Shown here one piece after another: positions 36,214-41,715 of a stretch of 41,715 nucleotides of DNA. Origin of the DNA: Bacteroidota bacterium (lineage in GTDB: Bacteria; Bacteroidota; Bacteroidia; Bacteroidales; F082); the NCBI GenBank assembly GCA_003650425.1, contig QMPP01000001.1, positions 1 through 41,715 of the forward strand, given 5' to 3'. Each line of letters starts with the position of its first letter. The first letter of the stretch is position 1. The notes under the pieces are model-generated. The model was not told the origin of the DNA and made no database searches. It worked only from the letters and a program-made list of their open reading frames with translations. The translations under genes and the position numbers were made by a program.

Positions 36214-38298
36214 TTATTTAAGCCATTTATCAAGCCAGTTAAAAAATTCTCTTTGCCAGAGAATACCATTCTGGGGATGTAAAATCCAGTGGTTTTCGTT
36301 GGGAAACCAAAGCATTTTAGCCGGGACACCTTTTATGATGGCAGCGTCGAAAGCGGCAAAGCCTTGTGAATCTAAAATCCTAAAATCTTTGGCACTATGA
36401 ATCACCATAATGGGGGTGTCCCATTTATCAACGAACTTATGGGGTGAATTTGCATAACTGCGCTGCGCTGTTTTATTATTTTTTTCCCAAAAAGGGTCAC
36501 CTAAATCCCAGTTGGCAAACCAAAGCTCGTCGGTTTCAACATATTGTTGTTCGAGGTTAAAAATGCCGTCGTGAGCGATAAAGGCTTTAAAGCGGCCTTC
36601 GTGATGTCCCGCTAACCAATAAATAGAGAATCCCCCATACGAGGCGCCAACTGCACCCAATCTGTTTTCATCAATAAATGGTTCTTTTTTTAACGAGTCG
36701 ATGGCCGAAAAATAGTCCTTCATATTTTGACCACCATAATCACCGCTAATTTGTTCGTTCCATTGGGTGCCAAATCCGGGAAGCCCTCTGCGGTTGGGTG
36801 CTACAATAATGTACCCGTTGGCTGCCATCATTTGGAAGTTCCAGCGATACGACCAAAACTGACTGACCATGCTTTGGGGTCCGCCCTGGCAATAAAGTAG
36901 TGCAGGGTATTTTTTGTTCGGGTCGAAGTGGGGAGGGTAAATTACCCAGGTAAGCATCTTTTTATTGTCGGTTGTGGTAACCCACCTGGCCTCTACTTTG
37001 CCCATGGTAAGCTGGTTTAACAGGCTTTCGTTAACATGACTCACGGGTTTTGCTTTTCCTGATTTAACAGAAACAGAATAAATTTCCAAAGGTTTCGACA
37101 TGCTGGTTCGGGTGGCAATAAGGTTTTTTCCGTTTGGAATAATGGTTCCGTAATTATGGACTCCTTTGGTGATTTCTTCAATTTTCGATTTTTTCAGGTT
37201 CAGCCGATAGATTTCGATGCTACCATGCCACTCGCTGGTAAAATAGATATGTTTACTGTCGTCAGTCCAGGTGAGGCCATGAGCGTTTTGGTCGAAGTCA
37301 GCGGAGTAATCTGTTTTTTCGCCGGTTCTCAAATCCATTACAAACAACCTGTTTTTATCCGATTCGTAACCATCGCGCTCCATGCTTTCCAAGGCCACGA
37401 ACCGGCCATCGGGCGAAAAAACCGGATTGGTATCGTAGCCCATCATGCCCTTTGTTTTGTTCAGGGTTTTTTTGTCGGCAAGAGAATAAAAATAGATATC
37501 GGAATTGGTTGATTCGGAATATTTGACACCGGTAAGTTTTCGACAGGTGTAGGCTATGGTTTTGCTGTCGGGTGTCCAGCTAATTTGTTCCATACCTCCA
37601 AAAGGTTTCATGGGCGATTCATAAGGTTCACCCTCCATGATATCGATTGGATGGCTAAGTTGATTTCCATTATAATCAGCCACGAAAATATGGCTGTAAG
37701 TATCAACCCACTCATCCCAGTGGCGGTACATCATATCGGTTAATACGCGACCCGTGGTTTTGTCAAGGTCGGGATATTTGTCGTGTATGTTCGGATTTAC
37801 TTTAACTTCTTTGGTGAAAAGTACTTTGGTTTGATCGGGGGAGTACTTAAAGCCGGTAATGCCACCGTCAACTTTTGAAATTTGTATTTTGTTGCTTCCG
37901 TCGGGATCCATTTCCCACAGTTGCATGCTACCTGATTCCGCAGACAAAAAACCAATTTTATTACCATCAGGCCGCCATTGCGCGCTGTATTCGCCAAAAG
38001 GGGTTTCGGTCAAACGCTGCATGTCATCTGATTTCAGGTTGATACTATACAGGTCGCGGTTTCCCTTGTCTTGCTTGATGCTGTAGTAGCTGATTCCAAA
38101 CAGAAGGGTGCTTTTATCGGGAGAAAGCTGAATATCGCCTGCTCTGCCAAACGACCACAATACTTCCGGGGTCATCACATCAGAAGTGAGTTTAAGGTCG
38201 GGTTTGCCGATAACGTTGTTGCTTTCCTGCGAATAGGTTTGAAGGCCGGTGAATAAGGCAATTATCACGAGCCATACGGAAATATTGAATTTTTTCAT
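36214..38298 (-). CDS. S9-family serine peptidase (beta-propeller plus alpha/beta-hydrolase)
   Basis: Signal peptide and TolB/WD40-like propeller repeats. The nucleophile elbow is GASYGGF, with C-terminal Asp/His (SAKDFRI..., ENHWI). 694 aa. Confidence 0.85.
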   Translation of the reverse strand: MKKFNISVWLVIIALFTGLQTYSQESNNVIGKPDLKLTSDVMTPEVLWSFGRAGDIQLSPDKSTLLFGISYYSIKQDKGNRDLYSINLKSDDMQRLTETPFGEYSAQWRPDGNKIGFLSAESGSMQLWEMDPDGSNKIQISKVDGGITGFKYSPDQTKVLFTKEVKVNPNIHDKYPDLDKTTGRVLTDMMYRHWDEWVDTYSHIFVADYNGNQLSHPIDIMEGEPYESPMKPFGGMEQISWTPDSKTIAYTCRKLTGVKYSESTNSDIYFYSLADKKTLNKTKGMMGYDTNPVFSPDGRFVALESMERDGYESDKNRLFVMDLRTGEKTDYSADFDQNAHGLTWTDDSKHIYFTSEWHGSIEIYRLNLKKSKIEEITKGVHNYGTIIPNGKNLIATRTSMSKPLEIYSVSVKSGKAKPVSHVNESLLNQLTMGKVEARWVTTTDNKKMLTWVIYPPHFDPNKKYPALLYCQGGPQSMVSQFWSYRWNFQMMAANGYIIVAPNRRGLPGFGTQWNEQISGDYGGQNMKDYFSAIDSLKKEPFIDENRLGAVGASYGGFSIYWLAGHHEGRFKAFIAHDGIFNLEQQYVETDELWFANWDLGDPFWEKNNKTAQRSYANSPHKFVDKWDTPIMVIHSAKDFRILDSQGFAAFDAAIIKGVPAKMLWFPNENHWILHPQNGILWQREFFNWLDKWLK

Positions 38299-38318
38299 GG
38301 ATGAGAATTTATGTCTTG

Positions 38319-38326
38319 CAAATGTA
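38319..38326 (-). promoter_or_regulatory. Bacteroidota -7 promoter box for the S9 peptidase gene
   Basis: Plus strand CAAATGTA equals minus strand TACATTTG, 21 nt upstream of the ATG at 38298. Confidence 0.5.
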
Positions 38327-38353
38327 AGAAAAGAGACTTTGTGGCAGACAGAT

Positions 38354-40495
38354 TTATTCTATTATTTTTAGTATAACCGGGTTCCCTGAAAGGAAAACTT
38401 TATTGCCTTTTATTTGAATTGGCGGGTCGTCTGTCACGGGTGTGATTTCTTTTACAGAATAGCCTCCGGGAATGGTAACCCATTGGTGCCGGAAGTGGTT
38501 GGTATAGGTTGGAATCCAGACAATCATTTTTTTGTTGTTCATTCGGTCGGTAAAAAGATAAGCATATAGTGTTTGGTTTTCCGACACTATTTTCTTGAAA
38601 CGATATTCATTTAGCTGTTGGAATAACTTTTTAAAGGCATAAAACGACTCCTTTTTCTTAAATCCAGCATTGGACGAAGAGGTGAGTCCCGACCGGTTAT
38701 GAAGATAAGAGTTGTAAGCTACGTTGGCAAAATAGTACCAATAAAACTGACGAACACCCAGTCGTTGTAAGATAAGAGCCGACCGGACCCCGTAAATAGC
38801 CTGAAGTTTTTCGGGGATACAGACCGAATGGGTACAGGTTTCGCCACCGCCATCGCTGTCGTAACCAAATTCGGTAACAAAAATTTCTTTGCCCGGCAGG
38901 TTTACATCGCGGTAGCGTATCAGGTTGTTGACTGCCCAGATTTCTGCCCTGGGGTCTTCGGGGTTAATGGCTGTTTGAATGCCGTTTTTGTCGAAAATAT
39001 AGTTGTAAAAATGGGTGTTTAACCCGTCAATTTTTTGAAGGTTATTTTTGTTAAGATACCGTTTGATGTAATGGTTGGCATCGGGAAAAGGGTCGTAAGC
39101 CTGAACGGCACAGGGAAGAATGGTAATTTTAGCAGTTTCGTGGGCGCCATCGGCAAAGCCGGACAGTATTTGTTGATAGGTACCGGCGTTGTATCCCCAT
39201 GGTTCGTTGCCAACCTCAATTTGGTTGATGAAATTTTTGTTTTTCACAAAATGGGTGACAAAGCTTTTTCCAAGATTGAAGCTCTCCCGGTAGGGATCAC
39301 TCCAAAGAGTATCAGGAAACAAGTTGTTGTTAAATAATAGAGTAGCATCAATATTAAATCCCTCTTTTTTCCACTGACGGTACTCCCTGTCCCAGTCGAG
39401 CCACGGTGTTGCCAGCGTGCCTTCGCGGGCTTCCATGTTCTCGTAATCGGGCGATTGGCCGGGAGTTTTAATATCCCAGTCTAAACGATGATAATTACGA
39501 ACCAAAGAACAGAGCTCGCGAAAGGCACCCGGCCCCTTGTCTTTTGGAATCTGATCGGCGTAAACATTGTATCCCCATCCCCAGAAAGCATTAATGCCGA
39601 ATGATTCACCATAAGTATGCCTGGCGGGTTTCGCATCCGGTGGTTTACCGAAAGGGCCGTAATAGTTATAAACATCAACCTCCCATAATTTTACTTTGTA
39701 GTAGTCAGCCATAGGAAGATGAAAAACAATTTTGATGTATCTGATATTTTTTTCAGAGTTCAGTAAATAAGGTATTAGCGGAATGGCGGTTGGGTTGAAG
39801 GTGAAGAGTTTGTGAAGGGTACTTTTGTTGTTACCTCCTAACACCTCAATTTTTGAAACCTGTTTGTCGTTAAGTGCTCTGATGGCAATTTGTCCTACGG
39901 GTCTGGGCTTGTTTAAATCGAGCAAAACGTATTCGACAGGTGGTTTGTAAAGGCCGGCGATTTCAAAAAGGTTATAGGGTCTGGAATTTGTTAGTGTGAT
40001 AGAAATAATCTTTTTTTCAAGTGCAATTTTTTGAAGTTGGTAATTTTTTTCAGGTTTGAGCGTGATAGTTTTGATTGAATCTGAAGCCAGCGTAATGGAA
40101 AGTGTGATGGTTTTTTCAGTTTGGTATTTTATGGATAAAAAATAGATGAATTCGGGCTTTTTAAAACGGATGGTGAGCGGTTGGGGTTGAAGGGTAACTT
40201 TTGTATTGATATCGCCATCAACCGCGTAGTTTATATTTTGAGAAGCGACAAACGAATTTTTTGATTTAAACAGGTTTAGGTCGTCGCGTTTTATATAATT
40301 AACCGGTAACGGGTTTTCCGATTCCCAATAGGTGTTGGTGTTTCGGTCGGTGATAAAGGCTTTGTTATTTCCTGAACTGGTGTTAATGGTTGCATTTGCT
40401 GTAAAAGGAGTAACCAATCCCGCGTCAGGATTGAATTGTCCGAATAGCAGCCAATGATTGAAAAGCAGAAAAAAAATGGAAACGAGTATCTTCAT
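38354..40495 (-). CDS. Secreted protein with N-terminal discoidin (F5/8 type C)-like domains and a C-terminal clan GH-A-like TIM-barrel glycosidase domain
   Basis: Start set at ATG 40495 (MKILVSIFFLLF is a signal peptide). FITDRNTNTYWESENP and KLWEVDVY are discoidin-like. The C-terminal half has EVGNEPWGY (acid/base NEP) and IFVTEFGYDS (nucleophile TEFG). Confidence 0.5.
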   Translation of the reverse strand: MKILVSIFFLLFNHWLLFGQFNPDAGLVTPFTANATINTSSGNNKAFITDRNTNTYWESENPLPVNYIKRDDLNLFKSKNSFVASQNINYAVDGDINTKVTLQPQPLTIRFKKPEFIYFLSIKYQTEKTITLSITLASDSIKTITLKPEKNYQLQKIALEKKIISITLTNSRPYNLFEIAGLYKPPVEYVLLDLNKPRPVGQIAIRALNDKQVSKIEVLGGNNKSTLHKLFTFNPTAIPLIPYLLNSEKNIRYIKIVFHLPMADYYKVKLWEVDVYNYYGPFGKPPDAKPARHTYGESFGINAFWGWGYNVYADQIPKDKGPGAFRELCSLVRNYHRLDWDIKTPGQSPDYENMEAREGTLATPWLDWDREYRQWKKEGFNIDATLLFNNNLFPDTLWSDPYRESFNLGKSFVTHFVKNKNFINQIEVGNEPWGYNAGTYQQILSGFADGAHETAKITILPCAVQAYDPFPDANHYIKRYLNKNNLQKIDGLNTHFYNYIFDKNGIQTAINPEDPRAEIWAVNNLIRYRDVNLPGKEIFVTEFGYDSDGGGETCTHSVCIPEKLQAIYGVRSALILQRLGVRQFYWYYFANVAYNSYLHNRSGLTSSSNAGFKKKESFYAFKKLFQQLNEYRFKKIVSENQTLYAYLFTDRMNNKKMIVWIPTYTNHFRHQWVTIPGGYSVKEITPVTDDPPIQIKGNKVFLSGNPVILKIIE

Positions 40496-40530
40496 TTTTT
40501 TCCATCTAAAATACAATAAAAATCAATTGC

Positions 40531-40671
40531 TCAGGTGTATTTGAGTGGGTTATTAAAAGCGTAGGTGTAAGGGTTGTAGTTTTGGCTGTTGCCCGGTGCC
40601 TGTACAAAGGGATTGGGATTGAGCATGCGGCCGGGGAAAGGATCGTAGAGGCAGCCGTTTCCTTTTTCACT
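40531..40671 (-). pseudogene. Orphan fragment of an Rhs/YD-repeat core C-terminus (46 codons, no start)
   Basis: Hand translation: SEKGNGCLYDPFPGRMLNPNPFVQAPGNSQNYNPYTYAFNNPLKYT*. It matches the RYYDPxxGRFxxxDP...NxYxYxxNNPLxY end of Rhs cores and stops just before the DPxG(L) motif. Confidence 0.65.
40546..40611. repeat. Direct repeat copy A (Rhs core-terminus DNA)
   Basis: 61 of 63 nt are identical between 40546-40608 and 41517-41579, including a 48-nt perfect run. Similarity decays over the next 3 nt, giving 63 of 66. Confidence 0.9.
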
Positions 40672-40696
40672 TTAGGTTGGGCGGGCAGGATTTGTA

Positions 40697-40715
40697 TCCT
40701 CGTTGCAAACGAGGA
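40697..40715. repeat. REP-like hairpin with the same GTT-GCA-AAC centre as H1-H4
   Basis: TCCTCGTT-GCA-AACGAGGA has an 8-bp perfect stem and lies 18 nt beyond the last conserved residue of the RayT-like remnant. Confidence 0.7.
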
Positions 40716-40732
40716 CGAGAGAGGGGGAGAGG

Positions 40733-40837
40733 GTAATCAATAGCAGAACTATATACATAATCTTCTGCTCGTAAAACAATACCAAGTTCTATAGGATGAT
40801 TATGTAAATACGACAACCGTTTGATAATTGAACCATG
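40733..40837 (-). mobile_element. C-terminal remnant of an IS200/RayT-like Y1 (REP-associated tyrosine) transposase
   Basis: HGSIIKRLSYLHNHPIELGIVLRAEDYVYSSAIDY matches the conserved C-terminus (YIHxNPVxAGLVxxxEDYxxSSA) of this family. Only about 35 residues are recognisable. The N-terminal HUH/Y part is absent, replaced by the TA module. Confidence 0.6.
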
Positions 40838-40859
40838 TAGAGGTGCTGGTATGCGAATC

Positions 40860-41138
40860 CTATTTATCTCCATAATGCGCCCAGGCACTTAAAACAAGAA
40901 CAGAAACTATTTCTTCATTTATTGAATAGACTAATCTGTGCTTTTGATTAATTCTTCGTGAATACAATCCGGTAAGATTATGCTTTAATTGTTTTGGCTG
41001 TCCTGTACCCTTAGTTGGGTGCTCCATCAGCTCGTTAAGCAACTTTTCTATTTTCTTTAAAACTACTTTATCTCCTGACTTCCTATGCTTCTTAATATCA
41101 GCCAAAGCAATTTCAGAAAACTCTAATGTGTAACTCAT
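40860..41138 (-). CDS. Type II toxin, Txe/YoeB (RelE superfamily)
   Basis: 92 aa. FSEIALADIKKHRKSGDK..LKKIEKLLNELMEHPTKGTGQPKQLKHNLTGLYSRRINQKHRLVY matches the YoeB/Txe pattern. Its start overlaps the antitoxin stop by 4 nt (ATGA). Confidence 0.8.
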   Translation of the reverse strand: MSYTLEFSEIALADIKKHRKSGDKVVLKKIEKLLNELMEHPTKGTGQPKQLKHNLTGLYSRRINQKHRLVYSINEEIVSVLVLSAWAHYGDK

Positions 41139-41386
41139 AATCCTAATAAATCGCTTATCCCTTCAGGAGTTGATATTCTCTTTACTTTACCTTCTTCAAC
41201 CTGCTTAATGCTTTCTTTAATTCTTTCCACCATTTCAGCATTAAAATAAACATCATCTTCATTTACCGGAGTTAAAGCATAAGCTTTATCTTTTCCACGC
41301 TGAACGATTATTTGTTCTCCTTTATCGACTTTTTCAAAGTAAACCCTTTGATTTTGCCTAAATTCTCTACTGCTAATTATCAACAT
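41135..41386 (-). CDS. Type II antitoxin, Phd/YefM-like
   Basis: 83 aa. The N-terminus MLIISSREFRQNQRVYFEKVDKGEQIIVQRGKDKAYALTP is Phd/YefM-like. It lies immediately upstream of, and overlapping, the YoeB-like gene. Confidence 0.6.
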   Translation of the reverse strand: MLIISSREFRQNQRVYFEKVDKGEQIIVQRGKDKAYALTPVNEDDVYFNAEMVERIKESIKQVEEGKVKRISTPEGISDLLGL

Positions 41387-41403
41387 ATCTTTAAATTTAA
41401 AAG

Positions 41404-41420
41404 TGTACCAATATGGTACA
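41404..41420. promoter_or_regulatory. Palindromic candidate operator of the TA operon
   Basis: TGTACCA-ATA-TGGTACA has perfect 7-bp arms. It lies 18 nt upstream of the antitoxin ATG and overlaps the -7 box by 2 nt. Confidence 0.5.
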
Positions 41421-41426
41421 AAAATA
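41419..41426 (-). promoter_or_regulatory. Bacteroidota -7 promoter box for the TA operon
   Basis: Plus strand CAAAAATA equals minus strand TATTTTTG, 33 nt upstream of the ATG at 41386. Confidence 0.45.
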
Positions 41427-41480
41427 CTAAATTTTACGTTTGTTTAATACATTGCGTTTTATTTTTTTAGGATAAAATTT

Positions 41481-41715
41481 TCAATACCCTCTCACTGGTG
41501 CGCATTTGCAATGTGGTGGGTTATTAAAAGCGTAGGTGTAAGGGTTGTAGTTTTGGCTGTTGCCTGATGCCTGTACAAAAGGGTCGAAGCTAAGTTTATT
41601 GGCTACCTGTCCCTGCTCGTCAGTAATGGTTTCGTAATTACCGAGGTAGTCGGAATGAATGTAATATAGGTTATCTTTTCCTGTGCTGTTCATTTCGTAT
41701 ATGGCAAATAGGCCG
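41481..41715 (-). CDS. Rhs/YD-repeat-associated core protein, C-terminal end only (5' part beyond the window). No C-terminal toxin domain.
   Basis: The frame is open to the window edge: GLFAIYEMNSTGKDNLYYIHSDYLGNYETITDEQGQVANKLSFDPFVQASGNSQNYNPYTYAFNNPPHCKCAPVRGY*. YYIHSDYLG...TD..G.V and YNPYTYAFNNP are Rhs core hallmarks. Only 12 residues follow NNP. Confidence 0.65.
   Translation of the reverse strand, partial: GLFAIYEMNSTGKDNLYYIHSDYLGNYETITDEQGQVANKLSFDPFVQASGNSQNYNPYTYAFNNPPHCKCAPVRGY
41517..41582. repeat. Direct repeat copy B (Rhs core-terminus DNA)
   Basis: Partner of 40546-40611. The two copies bracket the RayT remnant and the TA module. Confidence 0.9.

Noticed and set aside
1-41715. 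An eye scan for tRNA, rRNA, tmRNA, riboswitches or integrase-bounded islands.
   Set aside because: No intergenic gap shows a cloverleaf-compatible sequence or a conserved riboswitch core that I can recognise, and no integrase or recombinase ORF is present. A tRNAscan-SE or Infernal run would be needed to exclude small RNAs formally.

Overview
This window looks like a chromosomal segment of a Bacteroidota genome. Three things support that: TAnnTTTG -7 promoter boxes in front of many genes, a T9SS C-terminal sorting domain, and many lipoproteins of DUF4136/DUF4296/DUF3078/DUF5063-like types. I support about 45 protein-coding features, mostly housekeeping: pcm, recX, cobB, deoC, recQ, kpsF-lptB, pssA, an SQR-like flavoprotein, queA, phoH-purC, a MerR-M23 pair next to alaS, a four-gene nucleotide-sugar operon (ugd, UDP-xylose synthase, rfbD, phosphosugar mutase), an S9 peptidase and a discoidin/glycosidase-like protein. 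I saw no rRNA, tRNA or CRISPR array by eye. No complete, obviously novel multi-gene system is visible. The parts that ordinary annotation does not explain are listed below, and the first two are the best candidates for undescribed biology.

1. A 481-bp intergenic gap (29784-30264) is packed with REP-like hairpins that share a GTTGCAAAC centre and show compensatory stem changes. It also holds three tandem 20-bp iteron-like units and a perfect 16-nt inverted copy.
2. The right-hand 1.2 kb is a mosaic. Two copies of an Rhs/YD core terminus both stop at the NNP junction, so neither has a toxin tip. They bracket a self-promoted Phd-like/YoeB toxin-antitoxin pair and the remnant of a RayT/IS200-like Y1 transposase. 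A hairpin of the same architecture as those in item 1 abuts that remnant.
3. pssA is split by a single-base frameshift.
4. Two tightly coupled mini-ORFs lie upstream of cobB. One is a 51-aa zinc ribbon that falls below the ORF-track cutoff.
5. A transglutaminase-like lipoprotein appears to have lost its catalytic Cys and His.
6. Ugd and the PAP2 gene each contain an 8-nt G/C homopolymer.

All functional calls come from reading the translations and recalling family motifs. No searches were run.
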